Source: Nemertoderma westbladi (Eukaryota; Animalia; Xenacoelomorpha). From it: a DNA stretch of 33,870 nucleotides. Below are positions 20,713 to 32,900 of this stretch, piece after piece. Numbering within the stretch: position 1 is the stretch's first letter; the number at the start of each line of letters is the position of its first letter. Both the position numbers and the translations under genes were made by a program. Below the pieces are notes generated by a model that was not told the DNA's origin, searched no databases, and saw only the letters and a program-made list of their open reading frames with translations. The stretch covers positions 1-33,870 of the forward strand of contig JAUCBJ010006852.1 of the NCBI GenBank assembly GCA_032718475.1. Direction: 5' to 3'.

Positions 20713-23700
20713 TTCCTCACGCACCGGCAAGTCACCTATGGCAGCCGATTTCCTCACGCACCGGCACGTTAACGATGGCGGCCCATTTCCTCACACACCG
20801 GCAAGTTAACGATGGCGGCCCATTTCCTCACACACCGGCAAGTTAACGATGGCGGCCCATTTCCTCACGCACTGGCACGTTAACGATGGCGGCCCATTTC
20901 CTCACACACTGGCAAGTTAACGATGGCGGCCCATTTCCTCACGCACTGGCACGTTAACGATGGCGGTCCATTTCCTCACCCACCGGCAGGTTAACGATGG
21001 CGGCCCATTTCCTCACACACCGGCACGTTAATGATGGCGGCCCATTTCCTCACACACCGGCAAGTTTACGATGGCGGCCCATTTCCTCACACACCGGCAC
21101 GTTAACGATGGCAGACCATTTCCTCACACACCGGCAAGTTAACGATGGCGGCCCATTTCCTCACACACCAGCAAGTTAACGATGGCGGCCCATTTCCTCA
21201 CACACCGGCAAGTTCACAATGGCGGCCCATTTCCTCACACACCGGCAAGTTAACGATGGTGGCCCATTTCCTCACACACCGGCAAGTTAACGATGGCGGC
21301 CAATTTCCTCACACACACCAGCACGTTAACGATGGCGGCCCATTTCCTCACACACCAGCAAGTTAACGATGGCGGCCCATTTCCTCACAGACCGGCAAGT
21401 TAACGATGGCGGCCCATTTCCTCACACACCGGCACGTTAACGATGGCGGCCCATTTCCTCACACACCGGCAAGTTAACAATGGCGGCCCATTTCCTCACA
21501 CACCGGCACGTTAACGATGGCAGCCCATTTCCTCATACACCAGCACGTTAACGATGGCGGCCCATTTCCTCACACACCGGCAAGTTAACGATGGCAGCCC
21601 ATTTCCTCACACACCGGCAAGTTAACGATGGCGGCCCATTTCCTCACACACCGGCACATTAACGATGGCGCCCATTTCCTCACACACCAGCAAGTTAACG
21701 ATGGCGGCCCATTTCCTCACACACCGGCACGTTAACGATGGCGGCCCATTTCCTCACACACTGGCTAGTTAACGATGGCGGCCCATTTCCTCACACACCG
21801 GCAAGTTAATGATGGCGGCCCATTTCCTCACACACTGGCACATTAATGATGGCGGCCCATTTCCTCACGCACCGGCACGTTAACGATGGCGGCCCATTTC
21901 CTCACACACCGGCAAGTTAACGATGGCGGCCCATTTCCTCACACACCAGCACGTTAACGATGGAAGCCCATTTCCTCACACCCTGGCAAGTTAATGATGG
22001 CGGCCCATTTCCTCACACACCAGCACGTTAACGATGGCGGCCCATTTCCTCACACACCGGCAAGTTAATGATGGCGGCCCATTTCCTCACACACCGGCAA
22101 GTTAACGATGGCGGCTCATTTCCTTACACACCGGCACGTTAACGATGGCGGCCCATTTCCTCACACCCGGCAAGTTAACGATAGCGGCCCATTTCCTCAC
22201 ACACCAGCACGTTAACGATGGCGGCCCATTTCCTCACACACCGGCAAGTTAACGATGGCGGCCCATTTCCTCACACACCGGCAAGTTAACGATGGCGGCC
22301 CATTTCCTCACACACCGGCACGTTGACGATGGCGGCCCATTTCCTCACACACCGGCAAGTTAACGATGGCGGCCCATTTCCTCACACACCGGCACGTTAA
22401 CGATGGCAGCCCATTTCCTCACACACTGGCAAGTTAACGATGGCGGCCCATTTCCTCACACACCAGCACGTTAACGATGGCGGCCCATTTCCTCACACAC
22501 CGGCAAGTTAACGATGGCGGCCCATTTCCTCACACACCGGCAAGTTAACGATGGCAGCCCATTTCCTCACACACCGGCACGTTAACGATGGCGGCCCATT
22601 TCCTCACACACCGGCAAGTTAACGATGGCGGCCCATTTCCTCACACACCGGCACGTTAACGATGGCAGCCCATTTCCTCACACACTGGCAAGTTAACGAT
22701 GGCGGCCCATTTCCTCACACACCAGCACGTTAACGATGGCGGCCCATTTCCTCACACACCGGCAAGTTAACGATGGCGGCCCATTTCCTCACACACCGGC
22801 AAGTTAACGATGGCAGCCCATTTCCTCACACACCGGCACGTTAACGATGGCGGCCCATTTCCTCACACACCGGCAAGTTAACGATGGCGGCCCATTTCCT
22901 CACACACCGGCACGTTAACGATGGCAGCCCATTTCCTCACACACCGGCAAGTTAACGATGGCGGCCCATTTCCTCACTCACCGGCACGTTAACGATGGCG
23001 GCCCATTTCCTCACTCACCGGCACGTTAACGATGGCGGCCCATTTCCTCACTCACCGGCACGTTAACGATGGCAGCCCATTTCCTCACGTACCGGCACGT
23101 TGACGATGGCGGCCCATTTCCTCACACACCGGCAAGTTAACGATGGCGGCCCATTTCCTCACACACCGGCACGTTAACGATGGCAGCCCATTTCCTCACA
23201 CACCGGCAAGTTAACGATGGCGGCCCATTTCCTCACTCACCGCCACGTTAACGATGGCGGCCCATTTCCTCACTCACCGGCACGTTAACGATGGCAGCCC
23301 ATTTCCTCACTCACCGGCACGTTAACGATGGCGGCCCATTTCCTCACTCACCGGCACGTTAACGATGGCGGCCCATTTCCTCACTCACCGGCACGTTAAC
23401 GATGGCGGCCCATTTCCTCACGCACCGGCACGTTAACGATGACGGCCCATTTCCTCACACACTGGCAAGTTAACGATGGCGGCCCATTTCCTCACACACC
23501 AGCACGTTAACGATGGCGGCCCATTTCCTCACACACCGGCAAGTTAACGATGGCGGCCCATTTCCTCACACACCGGCAAGTTAACGATGGCGGCCCATTT
23601 CCTCACACACCGGCACGTTAACGATGGCAGCCCATTTCCTCACACACCAGCACGTTAACGATGGCAGCCCATTTCCTCACACACCGGCACGTTAACGATG

Positions 23701-23863
23701 GCGGCCCATTTCCTCACACATCGGCACGTTAACGATGGCGGCCCATTTCCTCACACACCGGCACGTTAACGATGGCGGCCCATTTCCTCACGCACCGGCA
23801 CGTTAACGATGGCGGCCCATTTCCTCACACACCGGCAAGTTAACGATGGCGGCCCATTTCCTC
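20713..23863 (+). repeat. Satellite B: 37-bp tandem array CCGGCA(A/C)GTTAACGATGGCGGCCCATTTCCTCACACA, ~85 copies
   Basis: Period of 37 bp (e.g. CCGGC at 20761 and 20798). The first unit is degenerate. CpG-rich with scattered substitutions. Confidence 0.98.
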
Positions 23864-23894
23864 TTGATTTAGATTTCCTTTTAGATCTTGGCTC

Positions 23895-24430
23895 AAGAAT
23901 TAAAATTCTGATGGTATAAAGATTTTCGAGGTCGCTGATCACGATAAAACTTATTAAAAATATTTTTTGACAAAGCGCCCATAATTTTTGTTGCTATTTT
24001 GGTCCCCCAGGACGAAAAGTACAAGTAAAAAGATGTCAAACTAAAAGATTTTGTATTTGGTTTGTTAATTCTGAAGGTATACGGGTTTTCGAAGTCGCTG
24101 ATTACGATGAAACAAGGTACAAATATTTCTGGTTATGCAAACTTAAATTTTGGTGCCATTCAACGAAAAGTTCAAGTATCAAAAATTACAAATTGTTACA
24201 TTTTTTCTTTCGTTTGGTAATTCCGAAGCTATGCTGGTTTTCAAGGTCGCTGATCGCGATACAACTCGTTAAAAAATATTGGTGGTAACGCAACTATCAT
24301 TTTTGGCCCTTGTGGGACGTAAAAAACAAGTAGCATAAAGTTTTAAACGTCAAATATCCAATTAGGTTGGACAATACGATATCTTTAAGTTCATATTCAA
24401 GATCAGCATCCCAAAAAAACTCATATGGTC
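23895..24430. repeat. Degenerate ~155-bp repeat, three direct copies plus a partial inverted copy
   Basis: AATTCYGA..G.TAT...TTTTC.A.GTCGCTGAT..CGAT...AAC at 23904, 24067 and 24219, each followed by TTTTGG...ACG.AAA...CAAGTA. GATCAGCATCCCAAAAAAACTCATA near 24401-24425 is an inverted degenerate core. Confidence 0.75.
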
Positions 24431-25186
24431 ATAAAACCAATTTGACGCCCCCCAGGGGGCAATATTCAAAATTACCAAAAATGTTCTCGAATTTTATATT
24501 TGAGTTATTTTCTTTAATCGTCATCGAAGTTGAAGTTGAAGTTTTTTATTAACATCGTACATAACAATAACATAACATAAACAGCAAACAGCATATTAAA
24601 AACCGGTATATGGAGATTGTCTGTTTTAAAAATAATGCAACCAACATAATATTAAATTATAGTACAGTACAATGTTAGGGATAGCCCCATGAGGTTATAC
24701 CTCGTTTCCATGGAGGTCCCTTTAAATTAAACGGAATTAAACAGGAATCACGTGCAGTTTAACATGCAACTAAATAAAATATGGTAGACCATAGTACAGT
24801 ACCTACGTAATTAAAAAAAATATAACAGCAATTCGAAATATGGAAAACACTAAAAAATTAAGTTATAGATATAGCCTCTACATCAGCCTCTACAATACCG
24901 CTATATACCGCAAATAAATTATTTGTATAGTGAACTATACAAACTTTTGAAATTTTTAGCGCGTAAAATATTGGTGATGGGTGCAAGAAAGGGACAACAG
25001 CACGAAAACTAACGTAGCCAAATAAGTGGCGTTTGCTCTATTAGCGCATAAACAGCCGAGCTAGTGCTCTACTGGTACTGTGGTATACGGTATGTACCAG
25101 TACTGCAGTACCGGTACCAGGGTCCTGGGATATAGCAGCAGCAGGTAGGCTGCACTGCAGCCAACAGCGCTGTGCATGCTGTGACA

Positions 25187-26329
25187 ATGTCAGGTTCGGT
25201 AGAATCCCGCACCTGCGAGACCGAGGGTTGCCAGAACCCCGCTAAACTCCAGTGCCCGACCTGCATCAAACTGAACCTGGAACCGGCCTACTTCTGCGAC
25301 CAGGTCTGTTTCAAATCGAGCTGGCCGAAACACAAAGGCGCCCACAAGTCTGTGAGCAGCACGGTGAACCCGTGGCCCGACTACTCATTCTCGGGTTCGC
25401 TCCGCCCCGCGTATCCGCCGGGCGGCTCCTTCGTACGGCGATCCGTTCCCCCACGTATAAAACGACCGGACTACGCGGACGACCCCCGGGGAACGCCGCA
25501 CAGCGAGTTCGCGGTACGGAACTCAACCGAAATAAAAGTGTTAAACCCGGAGGATATCGAGAAACTCAGAGTTGTCTGTCGTCTCGCTCGGGAGTGTCTG
25601 GACGCGACCGGCCGCGCCATCCGGGTCGGTGTGACGACCGACGAATTGGATCGAGTTTGTCACGAGGCTGCCATCGACCGCGACTGCTACCCATCCCCGC
25701 TGAACTACCGGACTTTCCCGAAGAGCGTGTGCACCTCGGTGAACGAGGTCATCTGTCACGGAATCCCAGACCTCCGCCCCTTACAGAACGGCGACATTAT
25801 CAACATCGACGTCACTGTCTACCATAACGGTTTCCATGGAGATCTTAACGAGACCTTCCTTGTGGGTGAGGTTGATGAGGTCAGCGTTAATCTCGTGAGG
25901 AATGCCCACGAATGTCTCGAGAAGGCCATAGAATTCTGTAAGCCGGGAGTTAAGTACCGGGAGATCGGTAATGTCATACAGAAACACGCGAATCTCTCTG
26001 GGTTCTCGGTGGTTCGGACCTACTGTGGACACGGAATCCATCGACTGTTCCACACCACCCCCAGCGTTCCGCACTACGCGCGGAACAAGGCGGTGGGCGT
26101 TATGCGACCGGGGCACGCCTTCACCATAGAGCCGATGATTAACGCGGGGAGTTGGGGGGACCAGACGTGGCCGGATGACTGGACGAGCGTAACGAGGGAC
26201 GGTAGACGCTCGGCCCAGTTCGAGCAGACCTTGTTGGTTACCGCCTCAGGGGTGGACGTACTAACTAGACGGCGGGATCGCAATGGACAGCCACACTTTA
26301 TGGACAATTTGAGTTGTAAAAGTAATTAA
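25187..26329 (+). CDS. METAP1: Methionine aminopeptidase 1 (type Ib, N-terminal zinc finger), intronless, 380 aa
   Basis: N-terminal C6H2 zinc finger (CETEGC...LQCPTC...[19 protein letters not shown]), RPDYA linker, and M24 motifs [61 protein letters not shown]. All five metal ligands (D, D, H, E, E) are present. The ORF track starts at a GTG (25172); the first in-frame ATG with A at -3 is 25187. Confidence 0.96.
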   Translation: MSGSVESRTCETEGCQNPAKLQCPTCIKLNLEPAYFCDQVCFKSSWPKHKGAHKSVSSTVNPWPDYSFSGSLRPAYPPGGSFVRRSVPPRIKRPDYADDPRGTPHSEFAVRNSTEIKVLNPEDIEKLRVVCRLARECLDATGRAIRVGVTTDELDRVCHEAAIDRDCYPSPLNYRTFPKSVCTSVNEVICHGIPDLRPLQNGDIINIDVTVYHNGFHGDLNETFLVGEVDEVSVNLVRNAHECLEKAIEFCKPGVKYREIGNVIQKHANLSGFSVVRTYCGHGIHRLFHTTPSVPHYARNKAVGVMRPGHAFTIEPMINAGSWGDQTWPDDWTSVTRDGRRSAQFEQTLLVTASGVDVLTRRRDRNGQPHFMDNLSCKSN

Positions 26330-26366
26330 TTAATTAGTTAATGCTGTAATGCGGCAGTTAATAGCG

Positions 26367-26372
26367 AATAAA
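26367..26372 (+). terminator. Putative polyadenylation signal AATAAA of METAP1
   Basis: AATAAA ~38 nt after the stop codon, followed by GT-rich TGTTGTTGG. Confidence 0.5.
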
Positions 26373-26800
26373 TGTTGTTGGTAGGCTACTGAAAAACTTA
26401 TAAAAGGACGTTTAGGCCTACAAGTGATAAAATGATTTTATTTTCGTTGACTACGATGTAGAAGACCATCAATATGGTTATGCGTTATATTTTGCCAGTG
26501 TTATTTCAGTTGTTATTGTTGTATCTCTATATTGCTTTAATCAGCTGTTCCGTGAAGAGTTTCTAAATTGGATTCCAAAACTTAATATTACAAATAATTT
26601 AATGTTATACGGGTTTTCCTATTCTGTTTATATATCCCCATGTACAATGTTTCATATAATATGCGATACAGTGGGTTTAATTGTATGGACATATAGCCGT
26701 GTCAATACAGTTACAGTCCATATCGGATCACATATTAATCCGGCTATACAATGTTGTACCACCGCACCGCCCACCGGTCACGTTGGGGGGTTTATATTTA

Positions 26801-26819
26801 CCCCCCCCCCCCCCCCCCC
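26801..26819. repeat. Poly-C tract (C19) followed by a T/C-rich low-complexity stretch
   Basis: Directly visible, preceded by GGGGGGTTTATATTTA. Confidence 0.9.
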
Positions 26820-26966
26820 TTCCTCCCTAAAATTAACAAATGTGAATGAGAAAGTCTGATATTTTACTATTATGAATCTTACTGAAATTTCTTTCACTGA
26901 AATTTCTTTCTTGATTTCTTATTTTCATCTTTTTTTCTTCTTTTCTTAAATTTCTTCTTGAAACTG

Positions 26967-29900
26967 AACTCTCTATTGTTTACCAAACCATAGAGAATCC
27001 GCGATTAAACTTTCTATTGTTTACCAAACCGTAGAGAATCCGCGATTAAACTTTCTATTGTTTACCAAACCATAGAGAATCCGCGATTAAACTTTCTATT
27101 GTTTACCAAACCATAGAGAATCCGCGATTAAACTTTCTATTGTTTACCAAACCATAGAGAATCCGCGATTAAACTTTCTATTGTTTACCAAACCATAGAG
27201 AATCCGCGATTAAACTTTCTATTGTTTACCAAACCATAGAGAATCCGCGATTAAACTTTCTATTGTTTACCAAACCATAGAGAATCCGCGATTAAACTTT
27301 CTATTGTTTACCAAACCATAGAGAATCCGCGATTAAACTTTCTATTGTTTACCAAACCATAGAGAATCCGCGATTAAACTTTCTATTGTTTACCAAACCA
27401 TAGAGAATCCGCGATTAAACTTTCTATTGTTTACCAAACCATAGAGAATCCGCGATTAAACTTTCTATTGTTTACCAAACCATAGAGAATCCGCGATTAA
27501 ACTTTCTAGTGTTTACCAAACCATAGAGAATCCGCGATTAAACTTTCTATTGTTTACCAAACCATAGAGAATCCGCGATTAAACTTTCTATTGTTTACCA
27601 AACCATAGAGAATCCGCGATTAAACTTTCTATTGTTTACCAAACCATAGAGAATCCGCGATTAAACTTTCTATTGTTTACCAAACCATAGAGAATCCGCG
27701 ATTAAACTTTCTATTGTTTACCAAACCATAGAGAATCCGCGATTAAACTTTCTATTGTTTACCAAACCATAGAGAATCCGCGATTAAACTTTCTATTGTT
27801 TACCAAACCATAGAGAATCCGCGATTAAACTTTCTATTGTTTACCAAACCATAGAGAATCCGCGATTAAACTTTCTATTGTTTACCAAACCATAGAGAAT
27901 CCGCGATTAAACTTTCTATTGTTTACCAAACCATAGAGAATCCGCGATTAAACTTTCTATTGTTTACCAAACCATAGAGAATCCGCGATTAAACTTTCTA
28001 TTGTTTACCAAACCATAGAGAATCCGCGATTAAACTTTCTATTGTTTACCAAACCATAGAGAATCCGCGATTAAACTTTCTATTGTTTACCAAACCATAG
28101 AGAATCCGCGATTAAACTTTCTATTGTTTACCAAACCATAGAGAATCCGCGATTAAACTTTCTATTGTTTACCAAACCATAGAGAATCCGCGATTAAACT
28201 TTCTATTGTTTACCAAACCATAGAGAATCCGCGATTAAACTTTCTATTGTTTACCAAACCATAGAGAATCCGCGATTAAACTTTCTATTGTTTACCAAAC
28301 CATAGAGAATCCGCGATTAAACTTTCTATTGTTTACCAAACCATAGAGAATCCGCGATTAAACTTTCTATTGTTTACCAAACCATAGAGAATCCGCGATT
28401 AAACTTTCTATTGTTTACCAAACCATAGAGAATCCGCGATTAAACTTTCTATTGTTTACCAAACCATAGAGAATCCGCGATTAAACTTTCTATTGTTTAC
28501 CAAACCATAGAGAATCCGCGATTAAACTTTCTATTGTTTACCAAACCATAGAGAATCCGCGATTAAACTTTCTATTGTTTACCAAACCATAGAGAATCCG
28601 CGATTAAACTTTCTATTGTTTACCAAACCATAGAGAATCCGCGATTAAACTTTCTATTGTTTACCAAACCATAGAGAATCCGCGATTAAACTTTCTATTG
28701 TTTACCAAACCATAGAGAATCCGCGATTAAACTTTCTATTGTTTACCAAACCATAGAGAATCCGCGATTAAACTTTCTATTGTTTACCAAACCATAGAGA
28801 ATCCGCGATTAAACTTTCTATTGTTTACCAAACCGTAGAGAATCCGCGATTAAACTTTCTATTGTTTACCAAACCATAGAGAATCCGCGATTAAACTTTC
28901 TATTGTTTACCAAACCATAGAGAATCCGCGATTAAACTTTCTATTGTTTACCAAACCATAGAGAATCCGCGATTAAACTTTCTATTGTTTACCAAACCAT
29001 AGAGAATCCGCGATTAAACTTTCTATTGTTTACCAAACCATAGAGAATCCGCGATTAAACTTTCTATTGTTTACCAAACCATAGAGAATCCGCGATTAAA
29101 CTTTCTATTGTTTACCAAACCATAGAGAATCCGCGATTAAACTTTCTATTGTTTACCAAACCATAGAGAATCCGCGATTAAACTTTCTATTGTTTACCAA
29201 ACCATAGAGAATCCGCGATTAAACTTTCTATTGTTTACCAAACCATAGAGAATCCGCGATTAAACTTTCTATTGTTTACCAAACCATAGAGAATCCGCGA
29301 TTAAACTTTCTATTGTTTACCAAACCATAGAGAATCCGCGATTAAACTTTCTATTGTTTACCAAACCGTAGAGAATCCGCGATTAAACTTTCTATTGTTT
29401 ACCAAACCATAGAGAATCCGCGATTAAACTTTCTATTGTTTACCAAACCATAGAGAATCCGCGATTAAACTTTCTATTGTTTACCAAACCGTAGAGAATC
29501 CGCGATTAAACTTTCTATTGTTTACCAAACCATAGAGAATCCGCGATTAAACTTTCTATTGTTTACCAAACCATAGAGAATCCGCGATTAAACTTTCTAT
29601 TGTTTACCAAACCATAGAGAATCCGCGATTAAACTTTCTATTGTTTACCAAACCATAGAGAATCCGCGATTAAACTTTCTATTGTTTACCAAACCATAGA
29701 GAATCCGCGATTAAACTTTCTATTGTTTACCAAACCATAGAGAATCCGCGATTAAACTTTCTATTGTTTACCAAACCATAGAGAATCCGCGATTAAACTT
29801 TCTATTGTTTACCAAACCATAGAGAATCCGCGATTAAACTTTCTATTGTTTACCAAACCATAGAGAATCCGCGATTAAACTTTCTATTGTTTACCAAACC

Positions 29901-32900
29901 ATAGAGAATCCGCGATTAAACTTTCTATTGTTTACCAAACCATAGAGAATCCGCGATTAAACTTTCTATTGTTTACCAAACCATAGAGAATCCGCGATTA
30001 AACTTTCTATTGTTTACCAAACCATAGAGAATCCGCGATTAAACTTTCTATTGTTTACCAAACCATAGAGAATCCGCGATTAAACTTTCTATTGTTTACC
30101 AAACCATAGAGAATCCGCGATTAAACTTTCTATTGTTTACCAAACCATAGAGAATCCGCGATTAAACTTTCTATTGTTTACCAAACCATAGAGAATCCGC
30201 GATTAAACTTTCTATTGTTTACCAAACCATAGAGAATCCGCGATTAAACTTTCTATTGTTTACCAAACCATAGAGAATCCGCGATTAAACTTTCTATTGT
30301 TTACCAAACCATAGAGAATCCGCGATTAAACTTTCTATTGTTTACCAAACCATAGAGAATCCGCGATTAAACTTTCTATTGTTTACCAAACCATAGAGAA
30401 TCCGCGATTAAACTTTCTATTGTTTACCAAACCATAGAGAATCCGCGATTAAACTTTCTATTGTTTACCAAACCATAGAGAATCCGCGATTAAACTTTCT
30501 ATTGTTTACCAAACCATAGAGAATCCGCGATTAAACTTTCTATTGTTTACCAAACCATAGAGAATCCGCGATTAAACTTTCTATTGTTTACCAAACCATA
30601 GAGAATCCGCGATTAAACTTTCTATTGTTTACCAAACCATAGAGAATCCGCGATTAAACTTTCTATTGTTTACCAAACCATAGAGAATCCGCGATTAAAC
30701 TTTCTATTGTTTACCAAACCATAGAGAATCCGCGATTAAACTTTCTATTGTTTACCAAACCATAGAGAATCCGCGATTAAACTTTCTATTGTTTACCAAA
30801 CCATAGAGAATCCGCGATTAAACTTTCTATTGTTTACCAAACCATAGAGAATCCGCGATTAAACTTTCTATTGTTTACCAAACCATAGAGAATCCGCGAT
30901 TAAACTTTCTATTGTTTACCAAACCATAGAGAATCCGCGATTAAACTTTCTATTGTTTACCAAACCATAGAGAATCCGCGATTAAACTTTCTATTGTTTA
31001 CCAAACCATAGAGAATCCGCGATTAAACTTTCTATTGTTTACCAAACCATAGAGAATCCGCGATTAAACTTTCTATTGTTTACCAAACCATAGAGAATCC
31101 GCGATTAAACTTTCTATTGTTTACCAAACCATAGAGAATCCGCGATTAAACTTTCTATTGTTTACCAAACCATAGAGAATCCGCGATTAAACTTTCTATT
31201 GTTTACCAAACCATAGAGAATCCGCGATTAAACTTTCTATTGTTTACCAAACCATAGAGAATCCGCGATTAAACTTTCTATTGTTTACCAAACCATAGAG
31301 AATCCGCGATTAAACTTTCTATTGTTTACCAAACCATAGAGAATCCGCGATTAAACTTTCTATTGTTTACCAAACCATAGAGAATCCGCGATTAAACTTT
31401 CTATTGTTTACCAAACCATAGAGAATCCGCGATTAAACTTTCTATTGTTTACCAAACCATAGAGAATCCGCGATTAAACTTTCTATTGTTTACCAAACCA
31501 TAGAGAATCCGCGATTAAACTTTCTATTGTTTACCAAACCATAGAGAATCCGCGATTAAACTTTCTATTGTTTACCAAACCATAGAGAATCCGCGATTAA
31601 ACTTTCTATTGTTTACCAAACCATAGAGAATCCGCGATTAAACTTTCTATTGTTTACCAAACCATAGAGAATCCGCGATTAAACTTTCTATTGTTTACCA
31701 AACCATAGAGAATCCGCGATTAAACTTTCTATTGTTTACCAAACCATAGAGAATCCGCGATTAAACTTTCTATTGTTTACCAAACCATAGAGAATCCGCG
31801 ATTAAACTTTCTATTGTTTACCAAACCATAGAGAATCCGCGATTAAACTTTCTATTGTTTACCAAACCATAGAGAATCCGCGATTAAACTTTCTATTGTT
31901 TACCAAACCATAGAGAATCCGCGATTAAACTTTCTATTGTTTACCAAACCATAGAGAATCCGCGATTAAACTTTCTATTGTTTACCAAACCATAGAGAAT
32001 CCGCGATTAAACTTTCTATTGTTTACCAAACCATAGAGAATCCGCGATTAAACTTTCTATTGTTTACCAAACCATAGAGAATCCGCGATTAAACTTTCTA
32101 TTGTTTACCAAACCATAGAGAATCCGCGATTAAACTTTCTATTGTTTACCAAACCATAGAGAATCCGCGATTAAACTTTCTATTGTTTACCAAACCATAG
32201 AGAATCCGCGATTAAACTTTCTATTGTTTACCAAACCATAGAGAATCCGCGATTAAACTTTCTATTGTTTACCAAACCATAGAGAATCCGCGATTAAACT
32301 TTCTATTGTTTACCAAACCATAGAGAATCCGCGATTAAACTTTCTATTGTTTACCAAACCATAGAGAATCCGCGATTAAACTTTCTATTGTTTACCAAAC
32401 CATAGAGAATCCGCGATTAAACTTTCTATTGTTTACCAAACCATAGAGAATCCGCGATTAAACTTTCTATTGTTTACCAAACCATAGAGAATCCGCGATT
32501 AAACTTTCTATTGTTTACCAAACCATAGAGAATCCGCGATTAAACTTTCTATTGTTTACCAAACCATAGAGAATCCGCGATTAAACTTTCTATTGTTTAC
32601 CAAACCATAGAGAATCCGCGATTAAACTTTCTATTGTTTACCAAACCATAGAGAATCCGCGATTAAACTTTCTATTGTTTACCAAACCATAGAGAATCCG
32701 CGATTAAACTTTCTATTGTTTACCAAACCATAGAGAATCCGCGATTAAACTTTCTATTGTTTACCAAACCATAGAGAATCCGCGATTAAACTTTCTATTG
32801 TTTACCAAACCATAGAGAATCCGCGATTAAACTTTCTATTGTTTACCAAACCATAGAGAATCCGCGATTAAACTTTCTATTGTTTACCAAACCATAGAGA

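Noticed and set aside
20997-21366. ORFs in satellite B (MAAHFLTHR...)
   Set aside because: The 37-bp unit is not a multiple of 3, and the ORFs exist only where TAA is mutated.
26221-26230. FEQT instead of the human FEHT as an inactivating change in METAP1
   Set aside because: The metal ligand is the Glu, which is retained; the following residue varies among homologs.
25069-26307. Alternative-frame and antisense ORFs overlapping METAP1, including the 191-aa ORF at 25252-25827
   Set aside because: Expected shadows of a GC-rich CDS, with no recognisable motifs.
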